DNA of 64,000 bases from Eledone cirrhosa. Lineage: Eukaryota. The stretch spans positions 5,332,001 through 5,396,000 of the forward strand of contig OZ024745.1 in assembly GCA_964016885.1 (NCBI GenBank), given 5' to 3'. This document shows, piece by piece, positions 52,594 through 64,000 of this stretch. Every line of letters starts with the position of its first letter. Positions within the stretch are counted from its first letter, which is position 1. The position numbers were made by a program, and so were the translations under genes. A model generated the notes under the pieces. That model had not been told where the DNA came from, did no database searches, and was given only the letters and a program-made list of their open reading frames with translations.

Positions 52594-54912
52594 TCATTTT
52601 TTCGTGTTCAGTAGTGGTTTAAATTTTTCAATGAAGAATTCTTCTTTATATTTGCGGAAATGTTCGTTATCCGACCATATCTTGAAGAAAGGGAAGATTG
52701 TGAATTTTCCCTTCCCGCATGATGCAAAGTGTGCGCTACATGTGGTATTTCTGACTGTGGGGTCTTTAATTTGTTGTTTATGTACCCGGACTCTATCATG
52801 TAATCCCGTTCCGGTTTCCCCAATGTAATACTCTTTACACTGTGGACATGTTGCGCAATATATTAGGTTTTTCGTTTTGCAGTTCATGTTTGCATTGACC
52901 TTGAAATTATCATGGTTTTTGAAGGACAACTGTTTGCCCTCTTCGGTGAGTTCACAGGTTCCACATCTAGGGTCCCCGCATTTCGTCACTTGCATTGATT
53001 CCATTTTGGTCGTAAATTTTGCCTTGGTAATTAGTTTTTTAAGGTTGGTTGCTTGGCGTCTGCTATAAATTATCTGTGTGTTTTTTAAGAGTGCATTCAT
53101 TTTGGTAGATTGCTGTAGAATCGGGAGATACTGCTTAGCAGTTTTCACAATGTTGATGTTCCCTGGGTTGTGAGTGATGACAAAAGAGATAGCAGGGTTT
53201 TATTTTTTATGTTGTAGGTTTGGTTTTCTCAGTGTTGTTATTGGGATGTTCTTAGCCTTGGAGATGGCTGCGTTGATGAGTTTCATCGGGTATTCTTGTT
53301 TTTTAAGGAATTTTTTCAGGTCACATAATCTTTTTTCTTGTAGTATGGGGTGTGTTGCTATAGTGCAGATGCGCCTTGCCATGTTGAAGGGAATGTTCCT
53401 TTTCGTATGTGAGGGGTGTGCTGACCGGAAATTTAAGTATTGGTGTGTGTCAGTGGGTTTGCAAAATAGGTCCGTTATGATATTTTCCCCTTCTTTAATG
53501 ATGAGGATATCTAGAAAGGGCAGTTCCTTTTCGTTACATTCCATAGTGAATTGTATAGCTTCATGAAGCCTGTTTAAGATCGAATAAAATTTTTGTAGGT
53601 CTGTTTGGCTTCTGTTCCAGAAGATGAAGCAGTCATCTAGGTAACGTTTCCAGTTTTTATTAATGTAGAAGGCGAAGTCGTGACTGAATGTTATCTGTAG
53701 TTGGGAATATAATTTTGCCTCTAAGTGACCCATAACGAGCGTTGCATATGTAGGGGCCACTTTGGTACCCATGGCTGTTCCTTTTATTTGTAGATAAAGT
53801 TCGTTGTCAAAGAGGAAGTGGTTGTTTTCCAATACTAATTTAAGTCCTTCCAAGATGAATTCTTTGGGGAATCTTTCTGAAATGTGACTTGAGTGTTTTG
53901 TAATCCAGAAGTCCACAGCTTCAATCCCTAGGTCGTGTGGGATGTTAGTGTACAGGCTTATTACATCAAAACTGACTAGAATTGTATCCTGGTGTACTTT
54001 TTGGGGGATATAGTTAAGGAATTCCATATCATCTCTGATGTAGCTTGGAACTTTTTTACATAGGGGTTTGAGTATGATGTCTAATAGGTTGCTTAGACGT
54101 TGTGTGCTTGAGGCTGGGCCAGCAATAATGGGGCGTAATTTTAAGTCTGTCGGTTTTGGTGCTTCGATGTATGATGTATTTTTTCCTTTTATGTTGTTTT
54201 GGATTTCTATGGATTTGTGAATTTTTGGTAATCCATAGAAATTGCTGGTTTTCATTTCGAAGTTGGTTAGGTAATCTACTTCTTTTGGTGTTAGGTTGTT
54301 TTGGTACTTTGTTGTTAGTTTGCCTATTTGGTTCCTCGATTTCCTTTCTTCGTTTTTAGTGATTTTCCTGTAGAAGTTTTCGTCATTCAAGTGTGCTAGA
54401 ACCATATCTTTGTAGTGGTTTGTGTCCATGATGACGATTGCTCCACCTTTGTCCGCTTCTTTTATTATTATTGAGGAATCCCTTTGTAGCTTGTTCAATG
54501 CTAGTAGTTGGTCTGTAGGGATGTTGCGTTTGTGTTTCGTCTCGGCCGTATTTGTACGTGCTGATCGGCGAAGGCAGGTTATGTATTCCTCCAGGTATTT
54601 ATCTCTATTTAGCGGGAGTGTGAAGTTCTTTTTGTTTTTCACCAGTGATTCTTCCTCGTATTGTACACCCTGGAAGAATTCTCCTAAGCGTAATTTTCGA
54701 CAGTATTCTTCTGTGTCTTTTATAACATCGGCTGAATCTGCTTTCGTAGAAAAATTCTTCAGAAAAAAATAATTGTTTACAAACTTGGCAGATGCGATTT
54801 GCCTATGACCATTCTCAACGCAAAGAGATACTAAAAGCTTTTTCCCCTGAATAAAGGAATTTTTCGAGAATGACCGGGGCAGGCCGCACTTGCTACATTT
54901 CTCCCCACCCAA
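52594..54912 (-). pseudogene. Penelope-like RT-GIY-YIG ORF interrupted by a single in-frame TAA at 53200-53202
   Basis: RT motifs: KEADKGGAIVIM, FYGLPKIHK, LRPII, FDVISLYTNIP, GTAMG, RYLDD, LPFLD. Endonuclease: [24 protein letters not shown]. The frame continues HKK*NPAISFVITHNP. Confidence 0.9.
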
Positions 54913-55324
54913 CCCTACTCACCGTCTCAACTCATTACTGCTATTAACACTTTTTCAACACAGCTACACCCATACACTTATTAAAGGGGGAGGAAAAAAA
55001 CCCCCCCACCACACCACAGACATGTTAAATCTCTATATATAGAACAACACACCACATACACATCAGTTTGACAAGCGCACCTCAGCATGAAAGGTCGTTC
55101 TAAAAACTAAACAATACCTCCTACGTTAACCAAGAACTCCTAACCAACAACCAACAACTTAATTTATAAAATAATTTTTTTTAAGAAAAAATAAAAAATC
55201 CGGAAAAAAATTCTTTTTGGATTTTGTGAAGAAAATAAATTTGTTGAAAGCACAAGTGAAGCCATTTTTTCTTCCCCCCTGTCTTAATATACCTAACTGT
55301 ACCAAGGATTTCACACATTTTCCA

Positions 55325-55820
<496 letters not shown>

Positions 55821-55983
55821 AAAATAAAGTTAAATAAAAGTCAAATGATTAAAATTTAGCTTCGTTTATTACTGCTAGTTCCTCAGTGAATTAACAACCC
55901 AACAAGGAACTGGGCATATCAGAGTATTGACAATATCATACACCTAAACAACATATGTACTTGTCTATACCATACTAATTCAA

Positions 55984-56038
55984 ACTGCCTGAAGAGGTCA
56001 CAGCCAAAGATGGCTGTCACTGAAATATATATAGCAGT
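55984..56038 (+). ncRNA. Type I hammerhead ribozyme
   Basis: ACUGC-CUGAAGA-[GGUCACAGCCA aaga UGGCUGUCACU]-GAAA-UAUAUA-UA-GCAGU: 5-bp stem I, long stem II, palindromic stem III. Confidence 0.8.
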
Positions 56039-56183
56039 AATAAACGAAGCTAAATTTTAATCATTTGACTTTTATTTAACTTTATTTTACACTACTCCGG
56101 AGTAACCAAACCAACCTGCGCACTTCGCCGAGTGCTCCAGCCTGCATACTGAGGTGTTGGTATACAACCAACATAAACTCAAA

Positions 56184-56251
<68 letters not shown>

Positions 56252-56403
56252 GCCTTACCTAAATACAAAGTAAAAACCTACTACAGTCAGTAGGCATCTT
56301 TATCAAAACACACCCCCGTCCCACCACCTCCACCCCACCCACACCGCCCCTTTCAATGTAAAGTTATGTTGGTCCCACAACATCCAGGCCGAAACAAATG
56401 AGA

Positions 56404-56770
56404 TCGTGTAGGTGTCACGACAAAAAACACACAGTCCACGCTGTAAATGTGGCCGTGTAGGCAACACGGTAAAAACCTCCCAGCCCCACACTGTAAATGT
56501 GGTTGGTGTTAGGAAGGGCATCCAGCTGTAGAAAACCCGCCAGACAGTCCACGCTGTAATGTGGCCGTGTAGGCAACACGGTAAAAACCTCCCAGCCCCA
56601 CACTGTAAATGTGGTTGGTGTTAGGAAGGGCATCCAACTGTAGAAAACCCGCCAGACAGTCCTATGCGAGCAAGACAACCACTCTTGCCTCAAGTGGGAA
56701 AACCCCCGTCCAAACCCATGCAAGCGTGGAACACGGACGCTAAACCTGATGATGATGATGATGATGATGA
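56404..56770 (+). mobile_element. RTE-type 3' UTR/tail fragment with an internal ~115-bp tandem duplication
   Basis: GGTGTTAGGAAGGGCATCCAGCTGTAGAAA occurs twice, then CCCATGCAAGCGTGGAACACGGACG(GAT)n. It lies tail-to-tail with the adjacent LINE. Confidence 0.75.
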
Positions 56771-57151
56771 TACATATATATATATATACATATGTATATA
56801 TATACATATGTATATATATATACATATGTATATATACATATGTATATATATATCATCATCATCATCATCACCGTTTTACGTCCGTTCTTCCACGCTAGCA
56901 TGGGTTAGACGGGTTGTCCTGTTGTGGGCAGTGTCTGGTCGGCTGACCATGCCTTGCTCATACAGGAACTGATCTGGCTTGATTTCTACAGCTGGATGCC
57001 CTTCCTAACACCAACCTCATTTACAGTGAGTGCTGGGTGCTTTTTCGTGGCGCCTACACGTCCACTTTACAGTGTGGGCTGGGTGCTTTTTTGCCGTGGC
57101 ACCTCCACGACCACCTTGCGGTGGGGGGGGGGGGCATATTCTTTATATGCT

Positions 57152-60100
57152 TCAGCATGTACCCATGGGAGGTCGGGTACCCTGTATTACTGCGTGACGC
57201 CAGAAGTCACGGTCGTGTGTCATTGACTTTGAGAGGTGTAGTTGGGTAAGGTCGGCTTTTATCACCTCATCCCAAGTCATCTTGGGTCTCCCCACTCCGC
57301 GGTTTCCATCAACTTCTAGTGCTCTGCACCTTTTTATGCAGCTGTCATCCTTCATACGCATCACATGTCCATACCAGCGTAACCGCCTCTCCTGCACGCA
57401 GCATTTGATTCCTCTTATGCTCAGTCTCTCTCTCAATTCATTTATGCTTTGTCGTTCACGTATATTACTGTTACACATCCATCGGAGCATGCAGGCTTCG
57501 TTTCTCTCTAATCTACGTAAGTCTTCCACCTTCAGCGCCCAGGTCTCACTACCATGCAACATCGCTGTTCGGATACACGCATCATACAGTCTGCCTTTCA
57601 TTCTGAGGGAGAAGCCTTTTGCAGCTAGCAGTGGTAGTAGTTCCCTAAACTTCTTCCATCCCGTTCTTACCCTAGTTATTGTACTTTCTGAGCACCCACC
57701 TCCGTTGCTAATTCGGTCACCTAGGTAGCAGAAGCTGTCTACTGTTTCTACAGGGCCCTCCCAGAGATTGGTGGTACTTGTTTCCTGTGGCTGTTTGCTT
57801 GCTGTTTCAGCACAGCTGCTGCATGTGAATCCTACATTCTTAATTAAGCTTCCTGAGATCCCGCTACATCTCTTGTGTACCCATTGTTTGCATTTGGGGC
57901 AAAGAATGGAGTTCCTACCTACACCTTTCCTACATACTGAGCAAGGCCATTTCCCTGAGGGGATCTGGGTTCTGTTTTCTCGTCTACTTATAAGGACCTT
58001 AGTCTTTGTCATGTTGACTTTGAGGCCCTTTCTCTCTAGTCCCTGCTTCCAGGTTTGGAATTTATTCTCTAGTTCTACCATAGATTCAGCTATGAGTGCG
58101 AGGTCATCAGCATACAGGAGTTCCCATGGGCATCCGGTCTTAAACTCCTCCGTTATTGCCTGCAGGACTATGATGAACAGGAGAGGGCTAAGAACAGAGC
58201 CCTGGTGGACCCCAACCTGTACGCTAAATTCCTCGCTATACTCATTGCCAATCCTAACTTTGCTGACTGCTCCCCTATACATGGCTTGTACCGCTTTCAC
58301 AAGCCATTCATCTACTCCTAGTTTTCTAAGAGCCCACCAGATTACTGCACGTGGAACTCTGTCAAAGGCTTTCTCAAGGTCGACAAATGCCAAGTAGAGT
58401 GGCTTACTTTTAGCTAGGTACTTTTCCTGTAATTGCCTCACAAGGAAGAGCGCATCAGTGGTGCCTTTCCCTGGAACAAACCCAAATTGCATCTCGTCTA
58501 TATTCACCCGGTCCCTAATCAGCTGTGCTATAACTCTTTCTGTTACTTTCATGACCTGGTCCATCAACTTTATACCTCTATAGTTTCCTCTATCTAGTGC
58601 ATCGCCTTTACCTTTGTAGCAGTTGACAATGATGCTACTGCACCAATCTTTTGGTATGGCCCCCTCTAGTATTACCTGGTTAACGATACGTGTGGTTATA
58701 GTGTGACCTACAGACCCAGATGCCTTCAGCATCTCGGCAGCTATACCCGATGGACCGGTTGCCTTCCCTATCTTCATATCTCTGATTGCCTTACTTACTA
58801 CGCTGCCGCTGACTTGTACTGCTGGTCCCTCTATAGGGTCTACGTGGGGTAGGGTCTCTTCTTCCCATGCATTCTCCTCATTTAGTAATCTATCATAATG
58901 ACTCTTCCATGCATCTTTCTTCTCAGCACTTGTGAGGGCAAGCTCACCTTTATCATTCCGGATACACTTCTCTCCAATGACATCACAACTATCTCTGACA
59001 CACTGCCTCGCAATCTTGAATACCTCCTGTTTCTGGTCCTCACGTTGTAAAACATGCTTGAATTTTCTATCCTCTGCTTCCCTCCTAGCTAAGTATACTT
59101 GTCGCCTAGCTTCCCTCTTGGTCTCTATGTAATGTACCCTGCTCCCCCCGTTCTTCCATTCTTTCCATGTCTGTCTCTTGGCCTTGACTGCTTCATCTAC
59201 CTTATTGTTCCACCACCAAGTCACTCTCCTCCTGCTTGAGGTCTTACTCCAGCCACAAACCTCATCCGTCGCCTCTAGTAAGTTATTTTTTAGGAACTCC
59301 CAGTTCTCTTCTACGTTAAATGTCTCTATCTGTTCTTCTTTACTGTCGTAGGCGTTGAGTAAAATATCTTTAAATCTGTTACTGGTTGAGGGGACTTTCA
59401 GCTTCCAGATCTTTCTTCTCCAGGTTGGCCTCTGTTTCAGGGCTCGTCTAGTTCTGACCGTGAGGTCGCTGACAACTAAGCTATGTTGGGATGTACATTC
59501 CTCACTAGGGAAGGCTTTTGTGTTTACGACCGTCCATCTGTCACGTCCTCTGATGAGGATAAAATCTAACTGACTAGAGTGCTCCCCTGATCTATAGGTG
59601 ATCAGGTGGTTGTCGGGTTTTTTAAAGTTTGTGTTACATATCGACATGTCATTGGCGTCGCAGAATTCTAGAAGTCTGAATCCTTCCTCATTCCTTGTGC
59701 CAACTCCATGGCCTCCATGTACTCTATTGAAGCCGTCGCAGTGTTTACCTACGTGTCCGTTAAAATCTCCTGCAATGATTAGGAAGTCCTTGTCGTCTGT
59801 TAGAGCAGTAGTGTGTATTAGGGACTCGTAAAACCTATCCTTAAGTTCGTCTGGCAGCCCCGATTGGGGTGCGTAAGCTGATATTATTGTGGTAATTGTC
59901 TTATTCAGGACTAGTCTGAGTTTAATGATTCTTGCATTTACCCTGTACACTGAGATTACTTTATCTACCCACTTGTCAGCTAATAGTATACCTACACCAC
60001 CCATCCCATCGTCATTTCCCACCCAGAAAAATTTTTGTAGCACTGGCTTTTTCCTACAAGGACTCTAGCAGACCCTCCTCTCCATCTAGTCTCTTGCACA

Positions 60101-60273
60101 CAGCATACATCAACTTCCTTTCGCTCTAGCATTTCTACGATTTCTCCTGCTCTTCCTTTCATTGAGCCTACATTGATGGTACCAACTCGGAGTTTTGGGC
60201 ATTTGTCGACACTCGTAGGGGAGGGTCTCTGGGTTGGCGCTTCACGTGGGTGCTTGGTAGCTCGCAGATTCAT
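57152..60273 (-). pseudogene. RTE LINE ORF (APE endonuclease + RT + PHD-like finger) with one frameshift at ~60027-60036
   Basis: EN motifs: GTINVGSM, CVQETRW, SAYAPQ, GDFNGHVG, LDFIL, SQHSLV. RT motifs: NYRGIKL, QFGF, FVDLEKAFD, GVHQGSVLSP, LYADD, YLG. ORFs 59992-60273 and 57152-60043 join at CYK/FFW. Confidence 0.92.
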
Positions 60274-60518
60274 ATTTCATCTATTGATTCAGAGTTGCTC
60301 GTGTATTCCCAGCTCATCCATCCCTAACGGTGGGAAAATTGAGGGCTAGAAGGACAGTGGTGGTGGGGTAATGGCAGGGTGTGTTGGGATGCGCCAGAGG
60401 AGGAGAGAGTTAGTTAGGCAGGTAGTAGCAGCAGCAGCAGTGGAAATGGCATGCTAGGTTTGATTGGTCGAATAGACTATGGTGGTGTGTGGGGGTGGGG
60501 GGGAGGGAAATTGTGAGG

Positions 60519-63484
60519 TAGGAACTGAGGGTCGCATGGTAAATATCCAAGTTAATACTACATCAGTAAAATTAACAATAATAACGTCATGAAAAAAGCT
60601 ACTAAGAGAAACCCTCGAAAATTTATCGCTAATACAGCAGGGAACATCATAATATTAACGACATGAAAAAGCTACTAAGAGAAACCCTCGAAAATTTATC
60701 GCTAATACAGCAGGGAAAATTTAACGCTAATACAGCAGGGAACATCATAATATTAACGACATGAAAAAGCTACTAAGAGAAACCCTCGAAAATTTATCGC
60801 TAATACAGCAGGGAAAATTTAACGCTAATACAGCAGGGAACATCATAATATTAACGACAATATGTAGGCTAAAATACCTTCGTAGATTAGGTGGATGGCT
60901 GGCTGGGAAAATTTGAATCAGCTCAGTGGTACATTTTAGCAGAGAAGAATGGCAAAGTGTCTTATCTCTTCAATATTTTCAGATTGAATGAATTAGGTTA
61001 AAGACAGGGTAGTAAGCCTTAAAGAAGTGCATAGAGGGGGGGGGGTAGGAACTGAGGGTCGCATGGTAAATAACTGAGAGAGATACAATAGGATTAGAAT
61101 ACCGCATGGTAAATATCCAAGTTAATAAGTTAATACTACATCAGTAAAATTAACAATAATAACGTCATGAAAAAAGCTACTAAGAGAAACCCTCGAAAAT
61201 TTATCGCTAATACAGCAGGGAAAATTTAACGCTAATACAGCAGGGAACATCATAATATTAACGACATGAAAAAGCTACTAAGAGAAACCCTCGAAAATTT
61301 ATCGCTAATACAGCAGGGAAAATTTAACGCTAATACAGCAGGGAACATCATAATATTAACGACATGAAAAAGCTACTAAGAGAAACCCTCGAAAATTTAT
61401 CGCTAATACAGCAGGGAAAATTTAACGCTAATACAGCAGGGAACATCATAATATTAACGACATGAAAAAGCTACTAAGAGAAACCCTCGAAAATTTATCG
61501 CTAATACAGCAGGGAAAATTTAACGCTAATACAGCAGGGAACATCATAATATTAACGACAATATGTAGGCTAAAATACCTTCGTAGATTAGGTGGATGGC
61601 TGGCTGGGAAAATTTGAATCAGCTCAGTGGTACATTTTAGCAGAGAAGAATGGCAAAGTGTCTTATCTCTTCAATATTTTCAGATTGAATGAATTAGGTT
61701 AAAGACAGGGTAGTAAGCCTTAAAGAAGTGCATAGAGGGGGGGGGGGTAGGAACTGAGGGTCGCATGGTAAATAACTGAGAGAGATACAATAGGATTAGA
61801 ATACCGCATGGTAAATATCCAAGTTAATAAGTTAATACTACATCAGTAAAATTAACAATAATAACGTCATGAAAAAAGCTACTAAGAGAAACCCTCGAAA
61901 ATTTATCGCTAATACAGCAGGGAAAATTTAACGCTAATACAGCAGGGAACATCATAATATTAACGACAATATGTAGGCTAAAATACCTTCGTAGATTAGG
62001 TGGATGGCTGGCTGGGAAAATTTGAATCAGCTCAGTGGTACATTTTAGCAGAGAAGAATGGCAAAGTGTCTTATCTCTTCAATATTTTCAGATTGAATGA
62101 ATTAGGTTAAAGACAGGGTAGTAAGCCTTAAAGAAGTGCATAGAGGGGGGGGGGGGGGGTAGGAACTGAGGGTCGCATGGTAAATAACTGAGAGAGATAC
62201 AATAGGATTAGAATACCGCATGGTAAATATCCAAGTTAATAAGTTAATACTACATCAGTAAAATTAACAATAATAACGTCATGAAAAAAGCTACTAAGAG
62301 AAACCCTCGAAAATTTATCGCTAATACAGCAGGGAAAATTTAACGCTAATACAGCAGGGAACATCATAATATTAACGACATGAAAAAGCTACTAAGAGAA
62401 ACCCTCGAAAATTTATCGCTAATACAGCAGGGAAAATTTAACGCTAATACAGCAGGGAACATCATAATATTAACGACATGAAAAAGCTACTAAGAGAAAC
62501 CCTCGAAAATTTATCGCTAATACAGCAGGGAAAATTTAACGCTAATACAGCAGGGAACATCATAATATTAACGACATGAAAAAGCTACTAAGAGAAACCC
62601 TCGAAAATTTATCGCTAATACAGCAGGGAAAATTTAACGCTAATACAGCAGGGAACATCATAATATTAACGACAATATGTAGGCTAAAATACCTTCGTAG
62701 ATTAGGTGGATGGCTGGCTGGGAAAATTTGAATCAGCTCAGTGGTACATTTTAGCAGAGAAGAATGGCAAAGTGTCTTATCTCTTCAATATTTTCAGATT
62801 GAATGAATTAGGTTAAAGACAGGGTAGTAAGCCTTAAAGAAGTGCATAGAGGGGGGGGGGGTAGGAACTGAGGGTCGCATGGTAAATAACTGAGAGAGAT
62901 ACAATAGGATTAGAATACCGCATGGTAAATATCCAAGTTAATAAGTTAATACTACATCAGTAAAATTAACAATAATAACGTCATGAAAAAAGCTACTAAG
63001 AGAAACCCTCGAAAATTTATCGCTAATACAGCAGGGAAAATTTAACGCTAATACAGCAGGGAACATCATAATATTAACGACATGAAAAAGCTACTAAGAG
63101 AAACCCTCGAAAATTTATCGCTAATACAGCAGGGAAAATTTAACGCTAATACAGCAGGGAACATCATAATATTAACGACATGAAAAAGCTACTAAGAGAA
63201 ACCCTCGAAAATTTATCGCTAATACAGCAGGGAAAATTTAACGCTAATACAGCAGGGAACATCATAATATTAACGACAATATGTAGGCTAAAATACCTTC
63301 GTAGATTAGGTGGATGGCTGGCTGGGAAAATTTGAATCAGCTCAGTGGTACATTTTAGCAGAGAAGAATGGCAAAGTGTCTTATCTCTTCAATATTTTCA
63401 GATTGAATGAATTAGGTTAAAGACAGGGTAGTAAGCCTTAAAGAAGTGCATAGAGGGGGGGGGGTAGGAACTGAGGGTCGCATG
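60519..63484. repeat. Nested tandem repeat: 5 monomers (~527, 702, 412, 702, 603 bp), each with 1-4 copies of a 98-bp subrepeat
   Basis: TAGGAACTGAGGGTCGCATG recurs at 60519, 61046, 61748, 62160, 62862 and 63465. Confidence 0.93.
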
Positions 63485-63554
63485 TATATATATATACATA
63501 TGTATATATATACATATGTATATATATATACATATGTATATATATATACATATG

Positions 63555-63586
<32 letters not shown>

Positions 63587-63588
63587 CC

Positions 63589-63620
<32 letters not shown>

Positions 63621-63680
63621 TATATAATTATAATGAAATGACAGGAGGCTGGACTTGTGTAAATCCTTGAAAGGTTTATT

Positions 63681-63738
63681 ATACTATGATCATTTCAATG
63701 ACCGGGTTCCGTATGAATTCGGTGATATCATCAGGCAT
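63681..63738 (-). ncRNA. Type I hammerhead ribozyme (stem II partly decayed)
   Basis: Minus strand: AUGC-CUGAUGA-[stem II]-GAAA-UGAUCA-UA-GUAU-AAUAAA. Stem III AUGAUCAU is a perfect palindrome. Confidence 0.7.
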
Positions 63739-64000
63739 TCGAAATATAATAAGTGAATGTAATAGATAAAATCCATGGGGCTGAAAATCAAGGACCAGAG
63801 GGCGACCGCCATCCAGCATCTTCTACCTTTGCCGGTCGCCCTCGAGTGACGTGGCTAAAACTTACAGTGTGCTACTACAGGTCAGATAAAGGAAAACAGA
63901 AAGGGATGGGAACACAAGTTAGCGTTAATATCATGCCACAAGAAAAGAGAAAGAAAGAAAGAAAGAAGAGAGAAGGAAGAAGAAGAGAAGCCAGGGTTAA

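Larger units (their letters stand above)
50594..55291 (-). mobile_element. Penelope-like retroelement bracketed by ~550-bp inverted repeats
   Basis: RT + GIY-YIG coding region at 52594-54745. Segment 50594-51149 is the reverse complement of 54745-55291. Confidence 0.9.
56852..63484 (-). mobile_element. Apparently full-length RTE-clade LINE
   Basis: Single EN-RT ORF, a 3' UTR ending in (GAT)n at ~56852-56870, a tandem 5' region, and the same (TATATACATATG)n microsatellite on both flanks. Confidence 0.8.

Noticed and set aside
51247-52828. Long YI/CV/HT-rich ORFs (also at 1422-1781, 33313-33803, 55159-55822)
   Set aside because: Translations of microsatellites

Overview
AT-rich, repeat-dominated eukaryotic DNA with no recognisable host gene. 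The SINE and RTE-tail families resemble those of octopus/cephalopod genomes (inference). From left to right: (1) a Penelope-like 3' end with a hammerhead motif, plus small transposon remnants; (2) a ~27 kb array of a 43-bp satellite with higher-order structure; (3) an uninterrupted 2225-aa Helitron/Helentron-type Rep-helicase ORF whose C-terminus is a ubiquitin-specific protease (USP/C19) domain with an apparently intact catalytic triad, the most notable item; (4) a 213-bp fold-back ending in CTAG; (5) a 39-bp minisatellite; (6) a Penelope-like retroelement (RT + GIY-YIG, one nonsense codon) bracketed by ~550-bp inverted repeats; (7) several minimal type I hammerhead ribozymes next to (TA)n tracts; (8) an apparently full-length RTE LINE (one frameshift) with a nested tandem-monomer 5' region and a 3' tail shared with the local SINEs. 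All calls come from reading motifs by eye; no database searches were run.
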